64,000 bases of DNA from an uncultured Bacteroidales bacterium (GTDB taxonomy: Bacteria; Bacteroidota; Bacteroidia; Bacteroidales; Bacteroidaceae). The notes beneath the pieces were generated by a model. It had not been told where the DNA came from and did not search any database. It saw only the letters and a program-made list of their open reading frames with translations. Made by a program: the position numbers and the translations under genes. Where the stretch lies: contig CADBXS010000004.1 of assembly GCA_902798705.1 (NCBI GenBank), forward strand, positions 1,350 through 65,349, written 5' to 3'. This document shows positions 20,901 to 29,306 of the stretch, in pieces; within the stretch, counting starts at the first letter, position 1, and every line of letters starts with the position of its first letter.

Positions 20901-22030
20901 CCATAACGCTCAACGATGTTGTTGGTACGGCCGTCGGCAGAAGTGACTTTCACACCATAAGTGCCTGATGCACCTACCCAGTCGGACTGAGCCATGCCCA
21001 CAACGTTGGTGATATCAGACTTCACATAGACAAGTTCTGGCTCTGGACCAGGACCAGGTTCGTCGCCTGGATCGTCCTCAGCTTCTTCGCCAAGAGATAC
21101 AGCGATGCTGCTGATGCGAGTCTGTGAATTAACGGTGAAAACGATGTTCTTAGCGTCACCATTCCAAGTTAAACCCGTGAGTTCGCCCTTGTTAGGGGTA
21201 AGGTCAAACTTGTCGCCAGTTACTTCGAACTGAGCACTGAGAATCTTGCGGCGCTCGGAAGAGAGTTTAATCGTTCCGCCATAGACACGGAGCTGAGGAA
21301 CAATGAGAGTAGAGCCATCAGGAAGAGTTGCATTCACACCCCAAAGACGATTAGGAGTGGCAACACCCGATGGAGAAACAGTGAGTGAAATGCCATTGGC
21401 ACCACCAAATGTCTGGTCTTCGTTGATATCGCCGTCATGCGAGTCGTTGGTCGATACAGGAAGATTCGTCATCAAGTTGAAATTCAGCGTCACAAAGTCA
21501 GGATCCGTGCCTTCGTCGTTCACGTATTCTGCCAAGATAATGACACCAAACTGTCCACCTTTAGTAGTGAAGGTGACAGTCTTCTGAGGAGTTGGAATAG
21601 AAAAATAGCGGAGGTCGTACTTGCCATTGTCGACAAAACCTACCATAGCACCACCCGATGCCTTAGCGTCAGCGTATTCCACGCCACCAACTTCTTTCCA
21701 ATAGCAATCGCCTTCCACGTCGGCCTTATTGGCATTGACATAGGAATAGAATGCAATTCTCGAAACCAGCATTCCCTCAGGTGCTGTAAATGTATTCTGA
21801 TCGCCATCTGGGAGCAAAATGGAAGGGAAAGAGAAACCACTATAGGAAACCGTTCCTCCTCTGCTGTATTTTGCCTCAGGATTTCCATTGGCTGTAATGG
21901 TCGATCCGTCGCTGAATGTGATGGTATTGCCAGGCTTGAAATTGAATTTCCAATAGTAGAAATCGGAATCCTGCGCCTGGATGCCAATAGCCACCAGCAT
22001 CATTGCTAATAAAGCGAAGAATTTCTTCAT
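14951..22030 (-). CDS. Giant (2359 aa) modular cell-surface protein, T9SS cargo
   Basis: Signal peptide MKKFFALLAMMLVAIGIQAQ. It contains CBM-like beta-sandwich modules, a FIVAR-like helical segment and a beta-trefoil-like segment. A LamG/ConA-like domain is marked by LSIAFWVNA..WHFYTAVFTAEGLTIYLDG. The C-terminal T9SS sorting domain is VIYDLNGQRVRVPVKGNIYIVNGKKMFLK. Confidence 0.85.
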   Translation of the reverse strand: MKKFFALLAMMLVAIGIQAQDSDFYYWKFNFKPGNTITFSDGSTITANGNPEAKYSRGGTVSYSGFSFPSILLPDGDQNTFTAPEGMLVSRIAFYSYVNANKADVEGDCYWKEVGGVEYADAKASGGAMVGFVDNGKYDLRYFSIPTPQKTVTFTTKGGQFGVIILAEYVNDEGTDPDFVTLNFNLMTNLPVSTNDSHDGDINEDQTFGGANGISLTVSPSGVATPNRLWGVNATLPDGSTLIVPQLRVYGGTIKLSSERRKILSAQFEVTGDKFDLTPNKGELTGLTWNGDAKNIVFTVNSQTRISSIAVSLGEEAEDDPGDEPGPGPEPELVYVKSDITNVVGMAQSDWVGASGTYGVKVTSADGRTNNIVERYGFADVGDVMHQDIQGLEAGTYEVTVFATSFNAWKGDSWLTTESSDVAYVYAKVGDQIKTVAVVAGKQTGFTEAPKYTISDIVVPEGGILTIGEALGKANQTEWHTIQIYSLKKLTEIHEAYAALTPAVMELANKKMSSAKATALVSAYQAAEAELTEDTYYALYDAVAAAQASVALYESSKPAIDAMYELIASTNVYTQEAYDTYKGMADDYKLKYDNNTLEEVVTNPLLVTGWQHDSGIASNQFLLSAWTIGGEQAVDYMRSLYINTWSHEGENDGTNFLVPFYEYWNQDGNPLNANTIQATVEGLDPGRHYSVDVWTRIRKNSLEVEDNGVTFAVGDGEAIAVNPTKAGTIQLFCDTIQAEGRADADGKLTITFNIAADNNISWLSFKDVKYTAGEKDPEPVEPNLDFELGAPVAQGICTYAKDMETNGTTLSQLQPVEGWDIAVENGDARAAGIFAYGSEATAWLGGAGYIAPAQGPEDTDGKQALGLVAVWTGTAQYTQKVTLEPGNYSITIPIYNSVGGTSVPAKSLFGFIADDGTEYLAPAKSYPVNVWTNEIINFTLTEETSGVISVGYESQDVGSAASPHLFIDRVDIKKVSDDELARAALNGALEDVVIDADLVGDDLFQIPTSALETFLSAVKKATDVANNTELTKADYEQALTELNAAIEAYNTTPVNAPEEGAEYIFQQKASGLYLAFDTENAKVVLSEIPANLSFVAGENGGWFLTNGTEYVGFVGSDNWTMSTSQEYKYEWAIAPAGDDFYYIYKPSNANHHIGTNDGDLAEGAPCYADKNNGDNILWSIAKVVIPEPQKEYVYTDLTEDMFKEWDGVTADAQVVNNNPGHEYQVGTEVGAGGTIYGNGSVLAKLYADITDYDVMVIEVASGTPRLLFNRTEDNSSDFLEINSPESPYVTVDENGNWTIDLSAIKAERGFVHLNVMKATWGGAATVTAIKLGKEKGDEPVPSIMVGEEAIPIVTEINVPVEMYEKSPYSGDTAQFDAAAIAAALGIEDLSTATQYFLNPDKTTVLAEYGDGTNDGWRNAEGFAASWGESANGFCAKIEDPASGIINYLGAHDANFVEGDSYTAGFAFVADGKAVILNAVVSFIKLPELTISENVYDATVSYETNEPNYTQKMAVLTDEQVAAICAELGFESLSEATVYAYNPTTQEILTDFAAFDGWRNAAGDFAMHTGDATVPACVKYTDGQTYNCYNISGCEPQTIDCYWAIANKTTAVLVKVAFTYVEPAPVPVEYTWFYNFEEADENVNIVGGGAIVDDETPNFGKVFENVNAGVRANYITLPDTLFAQSTLSKELSIAFWVNANGNTPDAYTYAPFFTAYASNTEGAANSWPMLALQSRGFAQVNCNGWTDFTAAENVEGKNNLYNSNAWEAGDANFNFVENWLEDNQWHFYTAVFTAEGLTIYLDGNVKNQWKLGANPGCTLDGLFSDGADLKYICLGGNQAWDWNDGDAPFRFDDVMVTNYVLTPEAIAEIIAAKNYVEPQKEYVYTDLTEDMFKEWDSSGADAQVVNENPWREYQVGTEVGAGGTIYGNVNVAAKLYADLTEYDHMVIEVASGTPRLLFDRSEDTSSDFIEINSTESPYVTVDENGNWIINLAAIKAERGFVHLNVIKATWGGPATVTSIKLGKEKGDEPVPSIIVGEELIPIIATTNVAVEMIEKRAYSGDTAKFDAAAIAEWLGIENLSAATQYFVNPDKTAVLAEYGGGTIDGWRNSEGFAAMWATCANGLCAKIQDPASGIIDYLGEHDATFSAGDTFNTLFAFVADGKAVVLSVDVTFVSDENPPQPIELEISDNIYELAVEYNTTDESYLNKTVSLTDDQVAAILEELGLASLSDATVYAYNPTTQEFIADFVAFDGWRNVDGDFANHTGDATVPACVKYTDGQNYGCWNINGCEQQTINCYWAIANETKAVLVKIIFSYVLPVGINGIYADLENAVIYDLNGQRVRVPVKGNIYIVNGKKMFLK
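15085..16405 (-). repeat. Intragenic ~1.3-kb duplication, C-proximal copy
   Basis: Starts at EPQKEYVYTDLTEDMFKEWDSSGADAQ and ends at CYWAIANETKAVLVKIIFSYV. The DNA is alignable with 17170-18472 at an offset of 2067-2085 nt. Confidence 0.85.
17170..18472 (-). repeat. Intragenic ~1.3-kb duplication, N-proximal copy
   Basis: Starts at EPQKEYVYTDLTEDMFKEWDGVTADAQ and ends at CYWAIANKTTAVLVKVAFTYV. It is separated from the second copy by the LamG-like segment at 16406-17169. Confidence 0.85.
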
Positions 22031-22272
22031 AACAAAGAATATTTTCTGAGTTACTGCGTATTCGGCTTGTTTGCGCAGTGAATTAGAGTTAGATTCATGT
22101 AGGCGTGTTGGGGCTGCAAGCCGTTTAAAACTCTCCCAGTCTGAGTGGTAAGAGCAACCTCAACAAATGTTTAGTTGATTTTTTTGATTAGTTAGGATTA
22201 ATTCCTGTTAAAACAATGATTTTTATGGTGTTGAACAATAGAATTTATCTGACATACAGAATATATCGGATG

Positions 22273-22280
22273 CAAAAATA
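22273..22280 (-). promoter_or_regulatory. Candidate -7 box (TATTTTTG on the minus strand) for the 2359-aa gene
   Basis: A TAnnTTTG match about 240 nt upstream of the ATG, which implies a long leader. It is a motif match only. Confidence 0.3.
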
Positions 22281-22323
22281 GAACAAATATTTAAAAATCA
22301 CAAAAAAAATTACTTTTTTTTCT

Positions 22324-22349
22324 GAAAAAGAAAAGGCGTGACTCACGCC
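22324..22349 (-). terminator. Candidate terminator of dnaE
   Basis: On the minus strand, the GGCGTGAGTCACGCC hairpin is followed by TTTTCTTTTT, about 15 nt after the stop. Confidence 0.5.
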
Positions 22350-22363
22350 ACGCCCTAAAGATT

Positions 22364-25300
22364 CTATTCCAAATGATAGCTAAGTCCTTCGTTGGATTCG
22401 ATGTAATCGAGCAAATGCCGATTCACACTCAAATGCAACGACACGGAACGAAGATTGACGCTCAAATCTTCAGAAGCCTTGATGTTGAAGTACAATTCCG
22501 TATCGCCCGGATTCGCCTTCACAATTTCTGCTAAATTCTCAACCATCGGCACATTCAACTGGTCAACAGGCACGTCTATCGTGATGCGCTTTATCAACTT
22601 TTCCTTCGCCTCAGACAGAAGCTGAATATCGATAATCACCAAATCGACGATTTTCGGGTTGAAGCGACGGGGTAGCAATTTGGCAGTTATGTAGAGCGAA
22701 GTGCCCTCCACAAAGAAATGCTGCCACTTGAGCCATTCCTGTCCAAAAAGGGCGATTTCACCGCTATTTTCGAAGTCTTCCAACTTGACAACACCAAAGG
22801 TGTTTCCACTCTTGCTCGTACCCACTCTACGTCCCGAAACGATGCCGCCGAACTTGACGCTTTGCATTCCGAGCAACGACTCATCCTTTTCTTGTACCTT
22901 GGCAATGTTGGTGTTGCAATAATGCTTGAGAATCACAGCATATTCATCAAGAGGATGCGCAGAGAGATAGATGCCTACCAAATCGCGCTCCTTGTTGAGA
23001 CGTTCCAAGTCACTCCATATCGCCACTTCCTTCGGCGGTTCAGGGTGCGCCACTTCCAACTCCATTCCCATATCGCCAAACAACGAATGGGCTTGCTGCT
23101 GCTTATCGGCCTGGAAACTGTTGCCAAAACGAATGAGGGTTTCGACATAAGTTTCCGATGAATTCGGCTGTTTTGCGAAGAAAGCTTCACGAGGACAAGC
23201 ATCGAATCCATCGAATGCGCCTGCCAAAATCAAGCTTTCCACCGACTTGCGGTTGCAAACAGTGAGGTTCACTCGTTCGAAGAAATCGAAAAGGCTGGTG
23301 AATGCTCCGTTCTTCTCACGCTCATCAAGAATAGCTTGCACAGCACTCTTTCCTACTCCCTTCACAGCAGCCATACCGAAACGGATATCGCCATTGTGGT
23401 TAACGGCAAACTTCAACTTACTTTCGTTGATATCAGGCCCGAGCGTGTTGATGCCCATCGACTTACACTCGTCCATCAACTTACGAATTTCAGTGATATT
23501 ATCGAGGTTTCGGCTCATGTTTCCTGCCATGTACTGAGCAGGAAAATGTGCCTTGAGGTATGCTGTCTGGTAGGCCACCCACGAATAGCATGTGGCATGA
23601 CTCTTATTGAAGGCATAGGAAGCGAATTTCTCCCAGTCGGCCCAAATTTTCTCCAGAACTACTGGGTCGTGACCATTCTTCTTTCCGCCTTCAATAAATT
23701 TTGGCTTAAGCATATCCAGCTTGTCCTTCTGCTTCTTACCCATCGCCTTGCGCAAGGTGTCGCTCTCACCACGAGTGAAATCCGCCAACAAACGCGAGAG
23801 CAACATCACCTGCTCCTGATAGACCGTGATGCCGTAGGTGTCCTTCAGGTATTTCTGCATCACAGAGATATCGTATTCGATAGGTTTCCGACCCATTTTT
23901 CTATCGATGAAATCGGGAATATAGTCCATTGGACCGGGACGGTACAAGGCATTCATGGCTATGAGATCCTCGAACACATGAGGCTGCAGTTCGCGCAGAT
24001 ATTTCTGCATTCCCGCCGATTCAAACTGGAAGGTGCCAATGGTGCGTCCATCGCAATAAAGCTGATAGGTGGCTGGATCCTCGATGTCGAGCAAATCCAC
24101 ATCAACGGTAATTCCCAAACTGTCCTTGATGTTTTCCACCGCTTCCTTCAGGATGGAAAGGGTTTTCAGTCCGAGGAAGTCCATCTTGATGAGTCCCGTT
24201 TCCTCAATCACATGTCCGTCGTACTGGGTGCAGCGGAGTTTCTCGCCAGGAAAATCCTTATCGTCGGCAGTGGAAACAGGTACCCAGTCGCTGATGTCGT
24301 CACGGCAGATGATAGTGCCACAGGCATGAACACCGGTGTTTCGCACATTGTTTTCGAGCATCTGCGCATAGCGGATGGTGTCTCTCAGCAATGGGTCGGG
24401 CGACGTGGAAGCAGCTTTCAGTTCCGGCACTACACTTATCACATTCTTGAGGTTCATCTTCAAGCCATCAGGCAGACGGTCGGGGATGCACTTGCAAAGG
24501 GCATTGGTCTTGTCGAGCGGATATTTCTGTACTCGAGCCACATCCTTGATGGCGAGTTTTGTTGCCATCGTACCGTAGGTGATGATGTGTGCCACCTTCT
24601 CAGCACCATATTTATCCGTTACCCACTGCAACACCTTTCCGCGTCCATCATCATCGAAATCGACATCGATATCGGGCAAGGAAATGCGGTCGGGGTTCAG
24701 GAAACGCTCGAACAGCAAGTCGTACTTGATTGGATCGACTTTCGTGATGCCCAAGCAATAGGCCACAGTGGAACCCGCAGCGGAACCACGACCAGGACCT
24801 ACCCACACACCGAGTTCCTTGCGAGCGGCATTGATATAGTCCTGCACAATCAAGAAGTAGCCGGGAAAACCCATCGTCTTCATGATGTGCAATTCAAACT
24901 TGATTTGGTCGGCGACATGCTGAGGAAGAGGGTCTCCATAGAGCTTCTTGGCACCTTCGTAAGAAAGCTTAGCCAAGTAGTCAGCCTCGAATTTGATACG
25001 ATACAATTTCTCGTATCCACCGAGTCTTTTTATCTTTTTCAGTCCCTCTTCTTCGCTCATCACCACATTGCCGTTCTCATCCTGGGTGAATTCGTCGAAG
25101 AGTTCCTTTTCGGAAATGCGCTGACGGTATTCCTCTTCCGTGCCGAAACTCTCAGGAATGGCGAAATTTGGCATGATAGGTGCATGGTCGATGTTGTATG
25201 CCTCCACTTTGCTCAGCACCTCCAAAGTGTTGCTTAATGCCTCAGGCACATCGGAGAAAACATCGTTCATCTCTTCCTTCGTCTTGAACCACTCTTGCTT

Positions 25301-26071
25301 GGAATACAACATGCGAGTTGGATCGTCCAAGTCCTTGCCTGTACTCAGACATATCAAGCGGTCGTGAGCTTCTGCATTTTCCTCATCCACGAAATGCACA
25401 TCGTTCGTACACACCAACTTCACATGAAGCTTTGCCGCCAGTTCTATCAACCCACGATTCACCTGCTGCTGAAGGGGGAAGGTCTCACGATTGGCACGCT
25501 GCATGGGGTCTTTCACTTCGTGTCGCTGCAACTCCAGATAATAGTCGTCGCCAAAGAGGTTCTTGAACCAAAGCACAGCCTCCTCTGCCTTGTCCATCTG
25601 TCCATTGCGGATGAACACAGGTACTTCGCCTGCCAAACAGGCGGAGCAGCAGATGAGTCCTTCGTGGTACTTCTCCAAATCGGCATGGTCAGTGCGTGGA
25701 CGCATATAGAATCCATCCACCCATGCACGGCTCACGATTTTAATCAGATTGTGATAACCCTTTTCGTTCTTGGCAAGGAGAATCAAGTGATAACCACTCT
25801 GGTCCATTTTACCCTCTTTCAACTCCTTACTTCGGCGAGCACAATAGACCTCGCAACCAAAAATAGGCATGAAATCAAGGTCGGGGTTCTTGCCTTTCAC
25901 TTTTTTGACATAGTTGAAAAACTCCTTGATTCCAAACATGTTGCCGTGGTCAGTGACAGCCATGCCCTTCATGCCGTTGGCAATGGCCTTGTCAACGAGC
26001 TTCGGGATGGATGCCTGACCATCGAGTATAGAGTACTGAGTGTGTACGTGTAGGTGAATGAAGTCTTGCAT
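22364..26071 (-). CDS. dnaE: DNA polymerase III subunit alpha
   Basis: The PHP domain begins FIHLHVHTQYSILDG. Polymerase core motifs are present, followed by an OB-fold C-terminal region. The start is taken at the ATG (MQDFIHLHVH) because a -7 box lies just upstream of it. Confidence 0.95.
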   Translation of the reverse strand: MQDFIHLHVHTQYSILDGQASIPKLVDKAIANGMKGMAVTDHGNMFGIKEFFNYVKKVKGKNPDLDFMPIFGCEVYCARRSKELKEGKMDQSGYHLILLAKNEKGYHNLIKIVSRAWVDGFYMRPRTDHADLEKYHEGLICCSACLAGEVPVFIRNGQMDKAEEAVLWFKNLFGDDYYLELQRHEVKDPMQRANRETFPLQQQVNRGLIELAAKLHVKLVCTNDVHFVDEENAEAHDRLICLSTGKDLDDPTRMLYSKQEWFKTKEEMNDVFSDVPEALSNTLEVLSKVEAYNIDHAPIMPNFAIPESFGTEEEYRQRISEKELFDEFTQDENGNVVMSEEEGLKKIKRLGGYEKLYRIKFEADYLAKLSYEGAKKLYGDPLPQHVADQIKFELHIMKTMGFPGYFLIVQDYINAARKELGVWVGPGRGSAAGSTVAYCLGITKVDPIKYDLLFERFLNPDRISLPDIDVDFDDDGRGKVLQWVTDKYGAEKVAHIITYGTMATKLAIKDVARVQKYPLDKTNALCKCIPDRLPDGLKMNLKNVISVVPELKAASTSPDPLLRDTIRYAQMLENNVRNTGVHACGTIICRDDISDWVPVSTADDKDFPGEKLRCTQYDGHVIEETGLIKMDFLGLKTLSILKEAVENIKDSLGITVDVDLLDIEDPATYQLYCDGRTIGTFQFESAGMQKYLRELQPHVFEDLIAMNALYRPGPMDYIPDFIDRKMGRKPIEYDISVMQKYLKDTYGITVYQEQVMLLSRLLADFTRGESDTLRKAMGKKQKDKLDMLKPKFIEGGKKNGHDPVVLEKIWADWEKFASYAFNKSHATCYSWVAYQTAYLKAHFPAQYMAGNMSRNLDNITEIRKLMDECKSMGINTLGPDINESKLKFAVNHNGDIRFGMAAVKGVGKSAVQAILDEREKNGAFTSLFDFFERVNLTVCNRKSVESLILAGAFDGFDACPREAFFAKQPNSSETYVETLIRFGNSFQADKQQQAHSLFGDMGMELEVAHPEPPKEVAIWSDLERLNKERDLVGIYLSAHPLDEYAVILKHYCNTNIAKVQEKDESLLGMQSVKFGGIVSGRRVGTSKSGNTFGVVKLEDFENSGEIALFGQEWLKWQHFFVEGTSLYITAKLLPRRFNPKIVDLVIIDIQLLSEAKEKLIKRITIDVPVDQLNVPMVENLAEIVKANPGDTELYFNIKASEDLSVNLRSVSLHLSVNRHLLDYIESNEGLSYHLE

Positions 26072-26094
26072 ATATTTGCTTTTAAACAGTCTTG

Positions 26095-26102
26095 CAAATG
26101 TA
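26095..26102 (-). promoter_or_regulatory. Candidate -7 box (TACATTTG on the minus strand) for dnaE
   Basis: A TAnnTTTG match about 24 nt upstream of the ATG at 26071. It lies inside the longer ORF-track extension, which argues for the shorter start. Confidence 0.4.
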
Positions 26103-26124
26103 CGCAAATTTCTTCAATCAGTCG

Positions 26125-28836
26125 CTACTCGTTCACAATAAATTTTCCGCTTGGCGTAATTCCCTCAGCAGAGATATACATCTGCGTGCAAGAGGAATTG
26201 TTGAAGAATTCCACGCGTCCCTGACCATTGGCGTCAATCTTCACCCAAGGCTGCCAATAGAGGGTGCGACGGAAATCCTCCATCGCTGGCATCACACTGT
26301 AGTCCTCCATTTCGAAACCTTCGGGTTCGTTGAATCCCTGGAAATGAGTGCGACGGATTCCCTTCTCCTTGCTGAAGAACTGTGGATGGGTATAGACAAA
26401 GACAGTGACAGGGTGAAGGATGGACAGTTCATCGGCCTGAATAAAATGAGTGTAGTTGTCGTCGTCCTCTGAAATATACACACTCTTCACTTCGTCGATG
26501 AAATCGGGCATTGCCGTGGCACCGCTAACATTGTTCTTCCACCTAATTGTATATGTAGGGCGTTCAGGGTATTGTGTCACAGTGCAATACGTATTGTTCA
26601 CAATCCAGATGATAGGTCGATTCTTGTATGAAAGACCATCCTTAAATACCAACAACGAATAATTTGTCAGAGTAGAATCCGAATTACGGACATCCGTCAA
26701 CTCACCCGTTTCTTCGTTCGTCATCCACTTATCGTCCAATGCGTCGGTACCCCCGAAGAATTCATTCTTGTTCTTCAGCCATTCATAGAGTGTTGGCATT
26801 AGTTCGCCTTCATCGGCAATGCGGTCCGTAGCCTCATCTATATTATAATAGACGGTGGATTTCCTCGCACCTGTTTTCTCGTCATACCAAGGCAATTGGG
26901 AACTATCCGTGAAATAACGCTTCTTCACCTTCACCGTTGGCAACACATAGCTGACATTCTTGCCCGTTCCCGACATTTTCAATTTTCCTTCCACTTCCGT
27001 TTCCTGCACATCATCCTTCCGTTTCAGTTTGATGAATGCCTCGGGCAGCGGAATCATCTCCGTTTCGTAAGGCGAGAGAGTTTTGCCTACTGGCGAGAAA
27101 TGGCGATCGACTGCCACTACGTAAGCGGCATTCTTGTCGTCCCATTTCGTCTGGATATACATGTTCCACTCACCTTTCAAGTTCGGCATCTCGAAGGCAT
27201 AGCCACCCACACTGTCAGTCACGGTACTTCCCTGATAATGCTCTCCCTTTTGATTGAAAAGGACTGCTTTCAGATCCACACCAGCCACAGGATGCTTCTT
27301 GCGCCATTTGTTTGTGTCGGGCTTCAGTTTACCAAAGAGGTAAAGCTTGTCCTCGATAGGTTGGATTCGGCCAAGATTGCCCTCCAATTCTTCGAATTTC
27401 ATCTGTCCCGAGTGCAATTTCCAGTTGTAGCGTCGCCAACCCTGCACCATCATCAGCATATCGGCTGCCTCACGGTGTTCCTGGTCGTCTTTCTCAAAAT
27501 AATAGTCGGGGTTCTCAATATAGCCTTTCACCTCACTGCTCAAAAGCATCCAGGTCAAGGCATTACCCACCTTACCGTTCGTCAGTGTAGCAGCATCCAT
27601 AGCAGCAAAACTTACCGATGAATTCGGCTCTGCCGTCAATGTGAGGCTCACACGCCCACAAGGACGAAGGGACGATTCGGGTACAGACACCTTGATGCTG
27701 TCAGCCACAGAACTTTTCGGAATGATGAAGAAAAGACGGTCGGCTTGAATACGTCCATCAGAATCGAAAATGGTCAACTGGTTCACACCCTCTCTCATCT
27801 TGCTGCGGTCGAACTCCACTTTCAACACATCCTCGGCCTTCATCGTGTCACACTGCACTACGGCTCCACCATTAATGATGGTATAGCCCAGAAGCCGGCC
27901 CTGCATGGATGGTGAGGACTGGATAGTGGCTGTCAACTCATCGTCAGCAGTATTGGGATGACCCACAGCATTCATTTGGAGCACACAACCATCTGTCTTG
28001 GCCTGTGGCAACGGATATTCATGCTTCTTACCCTTATCATCGGTCACAACGAATGTCAATGGCTTGCCGTCGGGACGAACCACAAACATGCCTCGTCCGT
28101 CTTCACCACTCTGCGTGATGGCCAAAGTCTCGCCTGAGGAATCCAAAATCAAGCCTTTCACGGCAACGTGTTTTCCTTCCTTGTCAGTCACACTGAATGC
28201 CACACGGCTCTGTAGTCCTATCACCAAGTCGCCTCCTTCGGGATAGAAATGGAGGGTATAGCCCTTGTTGGTAGCCGTCTTCTTCTGTTTCACATTCTCT
28301 ACACTGGCATTCTCGCGTCCATTAGGCAAGCGATGCGTATAGCTCAAATCGTCTATCTGTGGATTGTCGTAAGCACCTTCATGAGCTGGTTTCTTGAAGA
28401 TAGGAAAGACGCGTGAGAACACGCCATTTCCTCCCCAATTCATCATGTATCGGGTGAAGGCACGCACCTCATAGAATCCGGTGCCGAAAAGACTGTCCAA
28501 CTTGATGTCGCCTTCCGACTCTCCATTCTGAATGTAGAGCTTGCGTGTTTCCACCACGTCACCACTCGGATTGAGCAGTTCCACATAGAGCACTTTACTG
28601 ATAGTTGTGGGCTTTCCGTTATCTGCCCTTACCACGTAAGCCTTGAAGTGCATGGTCTCTCCCTTGAAATAACCCGTATTGTCGAAGTGCAAGTAGGCTT
28701 TTTCCTGTGGGGTCGATTGATTGAACAGCATGGCATGTTTCATATAGACCAGCAAGCGCGTCACATCATCGTCCGTCTTCTGAGCATTCAAAGTTAAAAA
28801 ACATGTGGCAAAAGCCAAGAAAAACCATCGTTTCAT
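26125..28836 (-). CDS. Large secreted protein, MG2 / alpha-2-macroglobulin-fold-like (hypothetical)
   Basis: Signal peptide MKRWFFLAFATCFLTLNAQ. The N-terminal pattern YLHFDNTGYFKGETMHFKAYVV..VLYVELLNPSGDVV resembles Bacteroidota MG2-domain proteins. This is a family assignment from memory. Confidence 0.5.
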   Translation of the reverse strand: MKRWFFLAFATCFLTLNAQKTDDDVTRLLVYMKHAMLFNQSTPQEKAYLHFDNTGYFKGETMHFKAYVVRADNGKPTTISKVLYVELLNPSGDVVETRKLYIQNGESEGDIKLDSLFGTGFYEVRAFTRYMMNWGGNGVFSRVFPIFKKPAHEGAYDNPQIDDLSYTHRLPNGRENASVENVKQKKTATNKGYTLHFYPEGGDLVIGLQSRVAFSVTDKEGKHVAVKGLILDSSGETLAITQSGEDGRGMFVVRPDGKPLTFVVTDDKGKKHEYPLPQAKTDGCVLQMNAVGHPNTADDELTATIQSSPSMQGRLLGYTIINGGAVVQCDTMKAEDVLKVEFDRSKMREGVNQLTIFDSDGRIQADRLFFIIPKSSVADSIKVSVPESSLRPCGRVSLTLTAEPNSSVSFAAMDAATLTNGKVGNALTWMLLSSEVKGYIENPDYYFEKDDQEHREAADMLMMVQGWRRYNWKLHSGQMKFEELEGNLGRIQPIEDKLYLFGKLKPDTNKWRKKHPVAGVDLKAVLFNQKGEHYQGSTVTDSVGGYAFEMPNLKGEWNMYIQTKWDDKNAAYVVAVDRHFSPVGKTLSPYETEMIPLPEAFIKLKRKDDVQETEVEGKLKMSGTGKNVSYVLPTVKVKKRYFTDSSQLPWYDEKTGARKSTVYYNIDEATDRIADEGELMPTLYEWLKNKNEFFGGTDALDDKWMTNEETGELTDVRNSDSTLTNYSLLVFKDGLSYKNRPIIWIVNNTYCTVTQYPERPTYTIRWKNNVSGATAMPDFIDEVKSVYISEDDDNYTHFIQADELSILHPVTVFVYTHPQFFSKEKGIRRTHFQGFNEPEGFEMEDYSVMPAMEDFRRTLYWQPWVKIDANGQGRVEFFNNSSCTQMYISAEGITPSGKFIVNE

Positions 28837-28853
28837 CTTTCCTAATGTCATTG

Positions 28854-29306
28854 TTAAGAGTTGTAACTACTCCCCACCCTATCAGGGATGGGAAGGGGAA
28901 GGGTCTGCACTGTTCTTGTTCCATCTTCCAACTCCTCGATGCTAACTTTCACTGTGTCCTCTGGGAGCAGGACCTCGATGAGTTCTGGCCATTCCATGAA
29001 GCACAGATGTCCGCTATACACATATTCTTCAAAACCGATGTCGTATGCCTCGCTTTCCTTCTTGATACGATAGAAATCGAAATGGAATATTGGTTCTCCA
29101 TTCCCATCGGTATATTCATTCACAATGGCAAATGTGGGAGAATTAACAACATCCTCCACACCCAGTTCCTCACAGATGGCCTTGATGAAAGTGGTCTTTC
29201 CCGCTCCCATCTTTCCATAGAAGGCAAACACCTTGTTATCACCCATCTGGGCAACAAATTCCTTTGCTGCCTCCTGTATTCTGTCTATCGAATCTATCTT
29301 GATCAT
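28854..29306 (-). CDS. tsaE: tRNA t6A37 threonylcarbamoyladenosine biosynthesis ATPase TsaE
   Basis: The P-loop [12 protein letters not shown] is followed by [12 protein letters not shown], which is typical of YjeE/TsaE. Its start overlaps the upstream ORF's stop by 4 nt. Confidence 0.85.
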   Translation of the reverse strand: MIKIDSIDRIQEAAKEFVAQMGDNKVFAFYGKMGAGKTTFIKAICEELGVEDVVNSPTFAIVNEYTDGNGEPIFHFDFYRIKKESEAYDIGFEEYVYSGHLCFMEWPELIEVLLPEDTVKVSIEELEDGTRTVQTLPLPIPDRVGSSYNS